A stretch of 64,000 bases of DNA, taken from assembly GCA_049799535.1 (NCBI GenBank), contig JBARIB010000697.1, forward strand, positions 578-64,577, written 5' to 3'. The DNA comes from Stellaceae bacterium (GTDB lineage Bacteria; Pseudomonadota; Alphaproteobacteria; ATCC43930; CGMCC-115725). The position numbers and the translations under genes are program-made. Under the pieces are notes generated by a model, which saw nothing but the letters and a program-made list of their open reading frames with translations, made no database searches and was not told where the DNA came from. Below are positions 28,659-38,963 of the stretch, piece after piece (position 1 is the stretch's first letter; each line of letters opens with the position of its first letter).

Positions 28659-30083
28659 GTGCGTTACCTCAGCACCCGCGATCCTGGACCCGCGCCCGAC
28701 ACCTTATCGTTCTCGGAGGCGCTGCTTGCCGGCCTCGCCGAAGATGGCGGGTTGCTTGTGCCGGACCATTGGCCCCGGCTTGCCCCCGCAGACTTCCGTG
28801 CCCTCGCTGGTTTGCCTTACGCCGAGCTGGCTGCTCGGCTCGTTTCGCTGTTCGCTGCCGATACCTTTTCAGTCGATGAACTACAGCGGCTCTCAGTGGC
28901 GGCATATAGCCGGTTCCGTCATGCAGCGGTCGCGCCCTTAGTCCAGCTCGACGAGAACCTTTGGCTTCTCGAGCTGTTTCACGGGCCGACTCTCGCCTTC
29001 AAGGATCTAGCATTACAGCTGGTCGGCCTGATGTTCGACGCGGTACTGGCTCGGCAGCACGAGCACGTCACGGTGATCGGTGCGACGTCCGGAGATACGG
29101 GTTCCGCCGCTATCGAAGCTTGCCGCGACCGCGAGGCGGTCGATATCTTCATTCTCTACCCGCATGGGCGTGTTTCCGAGGTGCAACGTCGGCAAATGAC
29201 CACGGTCGAAGCCGCCAACGTTCATGCGATCGCGATCGAGGGTACGTTCGACGACTGTCAGGATCTCGTTAAAGCGCTGTTCGCAGATATGGGGCTCCGG
29301 CGTGAGTTGAACTTCTCGGCGGTAAACTCGATCAACTGGGCCCGGATCGCCGCTCAAACGGTGTACTATGTGGCCGCAGCGGTGGCGTTGGGCGCGCCCT
29401 CGCGCTTGGTTTCATTTAGTGTGCCGACCGGCAATTTCGGCAATGTCTACGCCGGACACGTGGCCCGCCAGATCGGGTTGCCGATCGATCGGCTAGTAAT
29501 CGGCACTAACCGCAACGATATTCTTGCTCGATATTTCAGGAGCGGGCGCATGGCGCTTGCCGCTGTTGAGGCGAGCCTCAGTCCGAGCATGGATATCCAG
29601 GTGTCGAGCAATTTCGAGCGATTATTGTTTGAGCTGAAGGGTCGCGATGGCGCCGCGGTCAGTGAATCCATGAGGACTTTTCGGAGTACGGGCTCGTTGC
29701 CCGAAGATGATGAGGCATGGCGCGCCGCGCGGCGCTTGTTTTCCGCTCACAAGGTCGACGACACTGAGACGATGCAAACCATTGCCGAAACTTACTCCGA
29801 ATCGGGTGCGCTGATCGATCCCCACACGGCGGTAGCTATTGCCGCCGCGCGAGCAGAAAGCTTTGCCCATAAGAAAGGCACACCGATGGTTGCCCTAGGT
29901 TGTGCCCATCCGGCTAAGTTTCCCGAAGCAGTCGAGCGAGCCACTGGAATTCGTCCGAGTTTGCCGACTATCCTCGCCGAGCTCCTCGAGAAGCGCGAGC
30001 GGATCGTCGTTATTCCTAACCACTTTGAAGCGGTGGTGCGCTTCATTCAGGACCATTCACACCGGGCTGGGGCCGCCATCTGA
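28659..30083 (+). CDS. thrC: threonine synthase
   Basis: It reads MRYLSTRDPGPAPDTLSFSEALLAGLAEDGGLLVP...HGPTLAFKDLALQ (PLP Lys) ...GATSGDTGSAA, which is the long-form ThrC. Confidence 0.92.
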   Translation: MRYLSTRDPGPAPDTLSFSEALLAGLAEDGGLLVPDHWPRLAPADFRALAGLPYAELAARLVSLFAADTFSVDELQRLSVAAYSRFRHAAVAPLVQLDENLWLLELFHGPTLAFKDLALQLVGLMFDAVLARQHEHVTVIGATSGDTGSAAIEACRDREAVDIFILYPHGRVSEVQRRQMTTVEAANVHAIAIEGTFDDCQDLVKALFADMGLRRELNFSAVNSINWARIAAQTVYYVAAAVALGAPSRLVSFSVPTGNFGNVYAGHVARQIGLPIDRLVIGTNRNDILARYFRSGRMALAAVEASLSPSMDIQVSSNFERLLFELKGRDGAAVSESMRTFRSTGSLPEDDEAWRAARRLFSAHKVDDTETMQTIAETYSESGALIDPHTAVAIAAARAESFAHKKGTPMVALGCAHPAKFPEAVERATGIRPSLPTILAELLEKRERIVVIPNHFEAVVRFIQDHSHRAGAAI

Positions 30084-31339
30084 TGATACGGGTTTCGACG
30101 CTCGCGAACGGCTTGCGGGTCGCCACCGACCAACTCGATACAGTCGATACGGTCTCGCTCGGCATCTGGGTCGATGTCGGAACGCGGCACGAACCGGCGG
30201 ACGTCAATGGGGCCGCGCATTTTCTCGAACACATGGCCTTCAAGGGTACCGAGCGGCGAAGCGCTCGCGCGATTGCGGAAGAGATCGAGGCCGTCGGGGG
30301 CCACCTCAATGCCTACACCTCCCGCGAGAGCACCGCTTTCTACGCAAAAGTGCTGAAGGAAGATGTGGCGCTTGCCCTCGATATACTTGCTGACATTTTG
30401 CAGAACTCTACCTTTGATCCGGAAGAGTTTGAACGTGAGCGCACGGTTATTCTGCAGGAGATTGGCCAGGCAAACGATACGCCCGATGACATAATTTTTG
30501 ATTATTTCCAGGAGCGCGCCTATCCGGATCAGGCCATGGGCCGGCCCGTTCTCGGCAGACCTGAAATTATTCGGCATTTGAAACGGGATGCTGTCATCAG
30601 CTATCTGCGCGACCATTACGGGGCGCAACAAATGGTGCTCGCGGCCGCGGGAAATCTAGAGCACCAAGCTCTAGTTGAGTTCGCTCAAAAACTGTTGGCG
30701 CATCTACCCGCGGAGAGGTTTGTCGCTACCGAACCGGCGTCCTACGCTGGCGGTGACCGGCGCGAGGACCGGGATCTCGAACAGCTGCACCTGGTGCTCG
30801 GTTTCCCTAGCGTCTCGCTAGGCGACCCCGATTTTTACGCTGCCTCCGTATTATCCACTGCCTTCGGTGGTGGCATGTCGTCCCGCCTGTTCCAGGAAAT
30901 CCGCGAGAAACGGGGCGTCGTGTACGCGATCCACTCTTTCGTGCACGGATATCGGGACGGCGGCTTGTTCGGCATTTATGCCGGCACTGGCGAGAGTGAG
31001 GTGAGGGAACTTCTGCCGGCGCTCTGCGAAGAGGCCGTAAAGTTGCATGAGGGCTTAACGGCAATCGAGCTCAATCGCGCCAAGACGCAGATGAAGGCGG
31101 GGCTATTGATGTCGCTCGAAAGCACCTCCGCGCGTTGCGAGCAGCTAGCCCAGCACCTTCTCATTCATGGAACGCCATTCAACCCGCCCGAGCTCGTGCG
31201 GCGTATCGAGGCAGTGGACGACGCCGCAATTCGGCGAGTCGTGGAGCAATGGCGTGCGGCGCCACCGACGCTCGCAGCGGTCGGGCCATTGAGCCGGCTG
31301 GAAGATTACGACAGATTACGAACGCGCCTTGTGGTCTGA
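30083..31339 (+). CDS. M16 family (pitrilysin-like) zinc peptidase
   Basis: It has the inverted zinc motif HFLEHMAFKGT and is 418 aa long. Its ATG overlaps the thrC stop (TGATG). Confidence 0.88.
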   Translation: MIRVSTLANGLRVATDQLDTVDTVSLGIWVDVGTRHEPADVNGAAHFLEHMAFKGTERRSARAIAEEIEAVGGHLNAYTSRESTAFYAKVLKEDVALALDILADILQNSTFDPEEFERERTVILQEIGQANDTPDDIIFDYFQERAYPDQAMGRPVLGRPEIIRHLKRDAVISYLRDHYGAQQMVLAAAGNLEHQALVEFAQKLLAHLPAERFVATEPASYAGGDRREDRDLEQLHLVLGFPSVSLGDPDFYAASVLSTAFGGGMSSRLFQEIREKRGVVYAIHSFVHGYRDGGLFGIYAGTGESEVRELLPALCEEAVKLHEGLTAIELNRAKTQMKAGLLMSLESTSARCEQLAQHLLIHGTPFNPPELVRRIEAVDDAAIRRVVEQWRAAPPTLAAVGPLSRLEDYDRLRTRLVV

Positions 31340-31355
31340 GCGGTGCTAAGATTAG

Positions 31356-31964
31356 ATGGCGCCTCAGCGAAGATCCTTTCCGCGATTATTTCTCCCGCGC
31401 GCAGATCCCTTCAGATTAATCGGTGATCGTGTATTGTTGCGCCCGCCGGAACGCGGGGATTACGAGGAGTGGGCGAGCCTGCGCGCCAGCTCTCGGGACT
31501 TTCTCGCCCCCTGGGAACCGAGCTGGCCGCCGGATGCTTTGAGCCGGGCCAGTTTCCGTGCAAGAGTGGCCCGCTATGCGGATGACTGGCGCACCGACCA
31601 GGCATATAATTTTCTTGTATTTTCGCGAGACGAGGCGATCGTCGGGGGGATCGGACTCTCGAATCTGCGCCGTGGAGTTTCAGAGACCGCGAGCCTTGGC
31701 TATTGGATCGGCGAACGCTTTGCTCGGCAGCGGTATATGACGGCGGCACTGCCGCTCGTGATTGATTTTGCGTTCGAACGACTAGGTCTGCACCGAATCG
31801 AAGCTGCCTGTCTGCCAAGCAACATTCCGAGCCGATCTCTGCTTACCAGAGCTGGTTTCCGACAGGAGGGTTACGCTCGCGAATACCTATGCATCGCGGG
31901 TAAATGGCAGGACCATCTGCTCTTCGCTATGCTGCGCAGCGATCGAGATACTGCTTCACCGTAG
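31356..31964 (+). CDS. GNAT family N-acetyltransferase (RimJ/RimL-like)
   Basis: ...IGLSNLRRGVSETASLGYWIGERFARQRYMTAAL...LGLHRIEAACLPSNIPSRSLLTRAGFRQEG... is the typical RimJ-like pattern. Confidence 0.8.
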   Translation: MAPQRRSFPRLFLPRADPFRLIGDRVLLRPPERGDYEEWASLRASSRDFLAPWEPSWPPDALSRASFRARVARYADDWRTDQAYNFLVFSRDEAIVGGIGLSNLRRGVSETASLGYWIGERFARQRYMTAALPLVIDFAFERLGLHRIEAACLPSNIPSRSLLTRAGFRQEGYAREYLCIAGKWQDHLLFAMLRSDRDTASP

Positions 31965-31977
31965 CTGCGGGCGTGGA

Positions 31978-32547
31978 TCAAGCGTGTCCTGCGTCGGTCG
32001 ACAGCATTGTTAGATCGATGCCGAGTTTGGCGAGCGCGCGGCTCCATTTCCGGTCGTCATCGGGGTCGAAAATAATGCCATCATCGGCGGCGACCGAGAG
32101 CCAGCCATTAGCTTGGATCTCCGCATCGAGTTGACCTGGGGCCCAGCCGGCATAGCCGAGCGCGAAGAGACTCTGGCTTGGCCCGCGGCCCTGCCCCATA
32201 GCGCGCAGGATATCGAGAGTGGCCGTCAGCGCGATATTGTCGTCCACGATGAGCGTCGCGTCTTCGTTATAATCGGCCGTGTGCAGCACGAAGCCGCGGC
32301 CCGCTTCAACTGGACCGCCGAAATGCACGGGGCGCGATTGGACTTCGCGGCTCGGTGAGAGGTCGAGCTTTGAAAACAGCTCGCCCATAGTCAGCGATCC
32401 GATCAATTTGTTGATGACCAGGCCCATGGCGCCGGCCTCCCCGGTGTGTGCGCAGATATAGACAACTGACCGGGCAAAGCGCTGGTCGAGCATCTGAGGC
32501 ATTGCTACGAGGAGTTGGCCCGAGAGCGACGTCATTCCATCCTCCAC
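31978..32547 (-). CDS. YqgE/AlgH family protein (UPF0301)
   Basis: It has ...LSGQLLVAMPQMLDQRFARSVVYICAHTGEAGAMGLVINK...GGPVE... and is 189 aa long. Confidence 0.88.
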   Translation of the reverse strand: MEDGMTSLSGQLLVAMPQMLDQRFARSVVYICAHTGEAGAMGLVINKLIGSLTMGELFSKLDLSPSREVQSRPVHFGGPVEAGRGFVLHTADYNEDATLIVDDNIALTATLDILRAMGQGRGPSQSLFALGYAGWAPGQLDAEIQANGWLSVAADDGIIFDPDDDRKWSRALAKLGIDLTMLSTDAGHA

Positions 32548-32690
32548 TTCGATGGGACCCTCAAGTCGGCGCTCCGATCTGTGGATCTGTACTTCTATAT
32601 AAGGCTTTGGTTTTCAGGCCGCTCGGCGATCGCGTTCTAATTAGGTGTGATCCGCCTGAAGCGATTCCTAACCGTGAGGTAGGGCAATTC

Positions 32691-33695
32691 TTACTGCTGC
32701 AGAGAGACCTGGGTTGGCGAACGGTCGGCATTGTCGGCGGCGGACTTGAGAAGACCGGTGACAAGGCGCCGTAACGAGGGGGCTTCGCCAGGGCGGAAGT
32801 CGACAGGCCGGCATAGCGCCATCGCGAGGATGCCGAGCCGGGCCATTTTCTGCGCGGCATAGGCACTCTCGGCGGCGCTGGCGCTCAGCCGCTCAAGGAC
32901 CGCGCCACCGAACTGCTGCACGAGAACACTGCCGACAAGGTCAGCGGCGCCGACCAGGCCGGCGCCGATGACGAGCCGGCGCAGCAGATGTACGGTGCCG
33001 GTCAAGCCGGGCCGCTGGCCATAGACCTCGGCGATCTCTCGGATGAGGCGCGTAGCGCGGACGGCAAAGAGAAGAGTGTCGAGCAAAGCGGTGGGGCTGA
33101 CCGCATTAATTGCAAAGGCCTGGGTCGCGGCACGGCGGACCGCAGCTTCCGCCAGCCGATCGGCTGGGGCGAGCACAAACCTCAAGAACAGCTCCAAGGT
33201 ATCCCGTCCGCTGTGATGCGGTTCGCAGGCCGCGCGATAACGGGCGACGGGCTCGCCGAGCAAGGGATCGCGGGCAAGAATTGTCGCCGCGGCATCGATC
33301 TCTCGCCTGAGCTCGCTCGACAGAGCCAAAGGGATCAGATTGCGCAAGCGTTCGGTCGAGCGCAAACGCCAAAAGCCGCGCAGCTCAGAGATCAGCCAGT
33401 ACCCGATACCGCCGCCGGCGAGCGCAACCGTCGCTAGCGCAGCCGCGCCGAGCCCGGTGCCGCGCGCGAATGCGCCATCGACGAACTCCACAAGATCGAT
33501 GCCGATCCATCCGATGAGCAGGATCCCTAACCCGGCGGCCGCGACCGCGGCAGGAGACCTCGACGGCGCGATATGCGGGGCCGGAAGATTTGCTTCCGGG
33601 AATGGCGCCCGGCCCAGCTCGAGCCGGCCGGTTTCTGCGGTTTCGACCACGCGCGGCCGCAACCGTTCTGGTGGCGGCTCCGGTGCAATGGTCAT
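32691..33695 (-). CDS. ycjF: YcjF family membrane protein (UPF0283/DUF697)
   Basis: It has central paired TM segments and a DUF697-like C-terminal half. Its start overlaps the ycjX stop by 4 nt. Confidence 0.8.
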   Translation of the reverse strand: MTIAPEPPPERLRPRVVETAETGRLELGRAPFPEANLPAPHIAPSRSPAAVAAAGLGILLIGWIGIDLVEFVDGAFARGTGLGAAALATVALAGGGIGYWLISELRGFWRLRSTERLRNLIPLALSSELRREIDAAATILARDPLLGEPVARYRAACEPHHSGRDTLELFLRFVLAPADRLAEAAVRRAATQAFAINAVSPTALLDTLLFAVRATRLIREIAEVYGQRPGLTGTVHLLRRLVIGAGLVGAADLVGSVLVQQFGGAVLERLSASAAESAYAAQKMARLGILAMALCRPVDFRPGEAPSLRRLVTGLLKSAADNADRSPTQVSLQQ

Positions 33696-35089
33696 GCGAG
33701 GACGTCCTCCAGCAAAAACTCTAGTGCCTTATCGAGATTGATATGGGGGATGCCGGCGTCGGCGGCGCGTGTAATCTGGGGCGGCTGAAAGACAGGAAAT
33801 GCAGTGAACCGCTCGCCCCAAAAACCCGCGGGCGGCGGCGTTACCGGCACGATCCCTGGGAAGAAACGGATGCGCCGTTCACCCCCCTGCGGCAGTCCGA
33901 TCACGATGTCAACCTTGCGGCCATCGATCACGTCCGTGCCATCCTCGGTGCAGCGGATCGAGGCGAGCGCCGCCGCCGCAACTCGGGCATGCGCCGCCCT
34001 CGCCCTCAAGCTCGGAGCCTCGACGAGATTGCTCATCAGCGCTTCAAGATGGTCACGTTGCACCGCCGGCACATGGTCGGCCTTGGTCGCGGCGAACAGG
34101 ACCCGGTCGATGCGGGTGCCGAAAAGCCACCGCAACGGGCTTCTCCTGCCAAAACGAAAGGCGGCGAGGATCGCCTCGAGAGCAAGCCTCTGATCCGCAA
34201 AGGCGTCCGCACCGGCGTTGAGCGCGCGTAATACGTCGATAAGCACGATCTGGCGATCGATGTTGCGGGCCAGCTCTGCAAAGAACGGCTCGACAACCGA
34301 TCGCTTGTAAGCTTCGAAACGCTTCTCCATCAATGCGGCGATGCTGCCGGCGCGCGGCCGCTTCCCGATTGCGATCGGCATCGGGCAGAAGTACAGCAGC
34401 GAAACATCGCCAATCGAGCCGGGGTTCAAAAACCGACCTGGCTGCAAGAAGCTCAATTCCTCTTGGCCGCGGCACGTGGTGAGAAAGATGCGGTAAAGAT
34501 TGTGTGCTTGCCGCGCCGTCTCCGGGTCGCTTTCGCGGTCCGCAGGATGGCATGCCAGGTAGTCGAGCCACTCGCGCGCAAGCGGCGCGCGTACGCCGCG
34601 TTGTGCAAGGCTCAGCGTGGTCTGCGACCAATCGGCGTAGGTCTGATGCAACAACGGAAGGTCGAGCAGCCATTCGCCGGGATAATCGAGGATCTCGAGG
34701 TGGAGTTCCGCGGTGCGCCCCAGGAAAACCCCGAGCCGCAAGAGGCCCATGTGAGAAAATAGCAGCGAGAGACGAGCCTGCCGTAAATCCGTCGTGCTTG
34801 GTGGCCAATGGGGCGGATCGGCTGCAAGCGCCGCGACCGTCTCGCGCAACGGGAATTCGGGGACGGTTTCCCCCTTCGGCCTGCAAAGCCGGGCCGCTTG
34901 GATGCGTCGTTCCGCTGCGGCGCGCAGGAATGGCAGGCGGGCCGGACGGCCGACGGCGCCCAGCAGGTTGTACACGAGGCTGGTGACGAATGCGGTTTTG
35001 CCGGATTGACTGAGCCCAGTTACCGCGAGCCGGACCGTGCGGTTACGCACCAGCTCCGTCAGTCTCGGCACCCTGTCGAGCGCACGCAT
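33692..35089 (-). CDS. ycjX: YcjX family P-loop protein (DUF463)
   Basis: It has the Walker A motif VRLAVTGLSQSGKTAFVTSL and is 465 aa long. It has the canonical ycjX-ycjF pairing. Confidence 0.88.
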   Translation of the reverse strand: MRALDRVPRLTELVRNRTVRLAVTGLSQSGKTAFVTSLVYNLLGAVGRPARLPFLRAAAERRIQAARLCRPKGETVPEFPLRETVAALAADPPHWPPSTTDLRQARLSLLFSHMGLLRLGVFLGRTAELHLEILDYPGEWLLDLPLLHQTYADWSQTTLSLAQRGVRAPLAREWLDYLACHPADRESDPETARQAHNLYRIFLTTCRGQEELSFLQPGRFLNPGSIGDVSLLYFCPMPIAIGKRPRAGSIAALMEKRFEAYKRSVVEPFFAELARNIDRQIVLIDVLRALNAGADAFADQRLALEAILAAFRFGRRSPLRWLFGTRIDRVLFAATKADHVPAVQRDHLEALMSNLVEAPSLRARAAHARVAAAALASIRCTEDGTDVIDGRKVDIVIGLPQGGERRIRFFPGIVPVTPPPAGFWGERFTAFPVFQPPQITRAADAGIPHINLDKALEFLLEDVLA

Positions 35090-35159
35090 ATCCGATGGAA
35101 ACGCCAGGAGTTTGCTGTCAGATCAGTCCGGCGCCGCAGGCGGACCCGGGCAACGCCTG

Positions 35160-35768
35160 TTATCCGGGCGGCTTCATCGCGACGTCGAGCATCACGTTTG
35201 GCAGGATTTCTCGGATGACGCCGCGCAACGTCGATTCATCGGCGGCGGTCGCTGCGGCCAGCAGGCGCCGCGAGCCACGGCGAAGAATGCGGGCTGTGGC
35301 ACGGCCGTCGCGACCGGGCCGGATCGTTGCGAAGGCATCGGCGGGCTCGATCCGTTTCAGAATGCGCTTCAGAGCCTGTAATCCTTCGGAGGTCTCGACA
35401 TCGTATGAGGGGGTCTCGGGTGTTTCCGGCTCCGGCTCCTCCTCGACCGCGGCATCGACCGCCTCGACAGGCCGATACCGGGCGAAGGACTGGTAGATCG
35501 CTCGGCCGGGCTCCGCATCGATCCGAGATTGCAGCTCCCAGCTTTCCCCGCGCGACGACAATTCGCTGATCAAGGCGAACATGTCATCACAATCCTCTTC
35601 ATGCGAGCAGGTCAGGAATGCGAGGCGTCCATCGTGTTCGACGACGCGATCATCATCCTCGGCAAAACCGAGTTCTGACAACGCGTTGTCAAGCGCGCGG
35701 CGCGAAGCGACCAAGAGGGTCGTCACATGCAGGCGGCGGCCGCTCTCCGCCGGGTTCTTGTCCGCCAT
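35160..35768 (-). CDS. hypothetical protein with acidic Pro/Glu linker
   Basis: A 202-aa ORF with GGGAGGA 7 nt upstream of the ATG. It consists of an N-terminal ~95-aa domain, an EEEPEPETPETP linker and a basic C-terminal ~70 aa. I recognised no family. Confidence 0.6.
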   Translation of the reverse strand: MADKNPAESGRRLHVTTLLVASRRALDNALSELGFAEDDDRVVEHDGRLAFLTCSHEEDCDDMFALISELSSRGESWELQSRIDAEPGRAIYQSFARYRPVEAVDAAVEEEPEPETPETPSYDVETSEGLQALKRILKRIEPADAFATIRPGRDGRATARILRRGSRRLLAAATAADESTLRGVIREILPNVMLDVAMKPPG

Positions 35769-35863
35769 AGTTGTTCCTCCCGCGTGGGGTCGATCGGCCG
35801 GCTCTGCAATTTATTTGGTGTTTCGTCGCCGCGCGACGAAAAATAAGGCTGCAGCAGCTTGCG

Positions 35864-37018
35864 CTAAGCCGGTTGGGTCTCGCCTCTTCGGTTGAGGCGT
35901 ACCTCGCGGTTGACGCCGACGTTCATCAGCAGGCCCAACCCGAACATGACGGCGAGCATCGCGGTACCGCCATAGGAGATCAACGGCAGCGGCACCCCTA
36001 CTACCGGGATCAAGCCCATAACCATCGACGTGTTTATAAAAATATAGAGCGAAAAGTTGGCAACGATGCCGAGACCGAGCAAGCGGCCGAAATGACTGCG
36101 GCAACGCAAGGCGATTACGAACCCGTAACCGATCATAAGTGAATAGACCGCGAGAAGGCTGACCCCACCGAGGAAGCCGAACTCCTCCCCGAGAGTCGTA
36201 AAGATGAAGTCCGTCTGTTTCTCCGGCAAGAAGCTCAGATGGCTTTGGCTGCCGTTAAGAAAACCTTTGCCGAACAGCCCACCCGAACCGAGAGCAATCT
36301 TTGATTGAAGAATGTGATAGCCAGCGCCAAGCGGATCGCTTTCCGGATCGAGAAAGGTATAGACCCGGTTTTTCTGGTAATCGCGCAGGAAGCGCCACCC
36401 GAGCGGCAGCGCAGCCGCTGCGGCGAGCCCGATCAGGGCAAAGATCCTCAGGCGCACCGCGCCAATGAAGAACATGACGGCTCCGGTCAGGAGCAGCATG
36501 ATCGAAGTGCCGAGATCCGGCTGCTTCAGCACCAGCGCCATCGGGATCAGAACCATCAATGCGGGCAGCACCAGGAAGCGAGCTTGCCCAATGTCCTCAC
36601 TTGAGAGGGCATGGAAGTAACGAGCTAAAGCCAAGATCAGCGCCACATTCATCAGCTGAGAGGGCTGTAATTGGATTATCCCGAGGTCGATCCAGCGCTG
36701 CGCACCCATGCCGGCAAACCCGCGCAGGCTCACGGCGATGACCAACACCAGAGCGATCGCGTAAAACCAATACGCCGCCCGGAACCAAACGCGGATTCCA
36801 AGGAGGGCTGCAATCAGCATCGGAACGAGCGCGATTACGAAACGAATTGCCTGAGTCGCTGCCCAGGGCTGCATGCTCCCGTCGGCCGCCGAGTACAATA
36901 CTGCGATGCCGAAACATGAAGCCACGAGGACCAGCAGCACGAGGCCCCAGCTCATACCCCGAAGCTTTTCGAAAAGGGTGAGCCGGCCCCGTCCCAATTC
37001 CGAGACTCCGCCGGTCAT
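35864..37018 (-). CDS. rodA: rod shape-determining SEDS protein RodA
   Basis: It is polytopic, with the ...QPSQLMNVALILALARY... and ...PEKQTDFIFTTLGEEFGF...PLPLISYGGT motifs of FtsW/RodA. It lies downstream of mrdA. Confidence 0.92.
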   Translation of the reverse strand: MTGGVSELGRGRLTLFEKLRGMSWGLVLLVLVASCFGIAVLYSAADGSMQPWAATQAIRFVIALVPMLIAALLGIRVWFRAAYWFYAIALVLVIAVSLRGFAGMGAQRWIDLGIIQLQPSQLMNVALILALARYFHALSSEDIGQARFLVLPALMVLIPMALVLKQPDLGTSIMLLLTGAVMFFIGAVRLRIFALIGLAAAAALPLGWRFLRDYQKNRVYTFLDPESDPLGAGYHILQSKIALGSGGLFGKGFLNGSQSHLSFLPEKQTDFIFTTLGEEFGFLGGVSLLAVYSLMIGYGFVIALRCRSHFGRLLGLGIVANFSLYIFINTSMVMGLIPVVGVPLPLISYGGTAMLAVMFGLGLLMNVGVNREVRLNRRGETQPA

Positions 37019-37021
37019 GGC

Positions 37022-38932
37022 TCAGCCGCCGGGCATACCGGCGCGCAGCGGTGCGCCTTCGACCGCATGTGCGACCCGATCCCCGCCGGGTATCCGCCTG
37101 GCAGGGTCTCGCCTCTGTGTCTCCAGCAGCACGTCCCGGCAGATCGGCGCAGCAACGGCCGAACCGCCACCTCCGCTAGTCCCGCCATGCTCGACCACGG
37201 TCGCGCAAACATACCGCGGTGCGCTGACCGGGGCGAAGGCAACGAACAGCGCATGGTCGCGATCCTTCCAGGGGATTTGGCCCGCCCTGCCGTGCCCGCG
37301 CTCATGCTCGCTGATGCGGCGGACCTGCGAGGTGCCCGACTTGCCGCCCATCGCAAACCCGGGTGCGAGGATCCGCGCGGCGTAGGCGGTGCCGCCCTGC
37401 TCATTGACGACCGCGATCATGCCGTCAACCACGAGGGGGAGTATTCGTGGATTGAGCCCCAGCGGGGCGAAGCTGAGCGGCCGCGGATCACCGCCAGGCG
37501 GCAAAAGGCCCTCCGGCCGCACGAGCCGGGGCGCCACCGCGCGGCCGGTGACAAGGCGAGCGGCCATCGTCGCGAGCTGCAGAGGGGTCGCAAGGACTGA
37601 TCCCTGGCCGATGCCGGCGATCAATGTCTCCCCCTGCGACCACGCCGCGCCGCTCATGGCGAGCCTCCACTCACGGCTCGGTATCAGCCCCGGCCGTTCG
37701 CCCGGGATTCCCAGACCCAGGGTTCCGCCAAAGCCGAACCGCCGAGCCATCGCGGCGAGCCTATCGATGCCGACCCGTAGGGCAGTCTCGTAGAAAAACA
37801 CGTCGCACGATTTTTTTATTGCGTCACGCAATCGCAGCGTCCCGTGGCCACCATGCCGCCAGCAGTGGAAGATTGCGTTGCCGAATTCGAGATATCCCGG
37901 GCAGGAAAACGACGTCTCGGGGGTCAAAACCCCGGACGCCAACGCCGCGGTCGCGACCACCGGCTTGAAGGCCGAGCCGGGTGGGTAGACACCCGCGATC
38001 ACTTTGTTGGACAGTGGCTTGCGCGGGTCATTCGAAAGCTCCCGCCACATTGCTGGGGAGAGGCCGGTCGAAAACGGTGCCGGATCGAAACCCGGACTTG
38101 AGACGAGGGCGAGAATATCGCCAGTCAAGACATCGAGTAGAACACACGCCACGCTCTGTTCGGCAGCGCAGCGACGGGTCACAAATTGCTGTATCTCAAT
38201 GTCGAGGGTAGTGACCACGTCCTGCCCGGGCTTGCCCGCCACCCGGGCGAGCTCGCGCGCGACCCGACCCAAGGCATTGACCTCGACCTGGCTCGTTCCC
38301 GCCGTCCCCCGCAGCTCGATGTCCTGGGATTTTTCGACGCCAGTTTTGCCAATACGGAAATCCGGCAGCTCGAGCAACGGGTCGCCGTCGAGTTCCTGCT
38401 CCGAGGCGGCCGCGACATAACCGATAACGTGAGCGGCGGTCTCGCCGAAGGGGTATTGTCGGCTAAGGCCCTCCTCGATCGACACGCCGGGCAGTTCGGG
38501 TATGGCCACTTCGACCCGGGCCATCTCCTCCCAGCTTAAATTGGTGCGGATTACTACGGGCACGAAAGAGTACTTGCGCCGGATCTCGCGCAACACGCGA
38601 TGCCGGTCGGCCTCGCCAAGGTCGACCAAGGTCGCGAGCGCGTTCAGGGTCGCCGCGATATCGCCGGCTTGCTCCGGGACGATTACGAGATGATAATTTC
38701 GCCGATTATCGGCGAGAGCGATACCAAACCGATCGAGTATTCGCCCCCGCCGCGGCGCCACCAATCGCAGACTGATCCGGTTCTCGTCCGCGAGCACCGC
38801 GTAGCGATCCCTTTCGAGAACCTGCAGCTGGTACATTCGTCCGGCGATACCAGCGAGCAGGAACGCCTGCGCGCCGGCAAGGAAAACCGCGCGGCGAGTA
38901 AACAGCTTTTGCCGTTGGGCCTCGCGCTGCAT
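37022..38932 (-). CDS. mrdA: penicillin-binding protein 2 (elongasome transpeptidase)
   Basis: A 636-aa protein with an N-terminal TM segment, the SxxK motif (PPGSAFKPV), SxN-type and KSG (GGKSGTSQ) motifs. It sits in the mreBCD-mrdA-rodA context. Confidence 0.92.
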   Translation of the reverse strand: MQREAQRQKLFTRRAVFLAGAQAFLLAGIAGRMYQLQVLERDRYAVLADENRISLRLVAPRRGRILDRFGIALADNRRNYHLVIVPEQAGDIAATLNALATLVDLGEADRHRVLREIRRKYSFVPVVIRTNLSWEEMARVEVAIPELPGVSIEEGLSRQYPFGETAAHVIGYVAAASEQELDGDPLLELPDFRIGKTGVEKSQDIELRGTAGTSQVEVNALGRVARELARVAGKPGQDVVTTLDIEIQQFVTRRCAAEQSVACVLLDVLTGDILALVSSPGFDPAPFSTGLSPAMWRELSNDPRKPLSNKVIAGVYPPGSAFKPVVATAALASGVLTPETSFSCPGYLEFGNAIFHCWRHGGHGTLRLRDAIKKSCDVFFYETALRVGIDRLAAMARRFGFGGTLGLGIPGERPGLIPSREWRLAMSGAAWSQGETLIAGIGQGSVLATPLQLATMAARLVTGRAVAPRLVRPEGLLPPGGDPRPLSFAPLGLNPRILPLVVDGMIAVVNEQGGTAYAARILAPGFAMGGKSGTSQVRRISEHERGHGRAGQIPWKDRDHALFVAFAPVSAPRYVCATVVEHGGTSGGGGSAVAAPICRDVLLETQRRDPARRIPGGDRVAHAVEGAPLRAGMPGG

Positions 38933-38963
38933 CGGCTGTTTGGCTAAATCAGGGCTGCCCGCC

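Noticed and set aside
35821-35839. A hairpin after rodA, considered as a terminator.
   Set aside because: On the minus (rodA) strand the T-run lies 5' of the stem rather than 3' of it. On the plus strand, only an A-run follows the stem. I kept it only as a note in the ycjXF finding.
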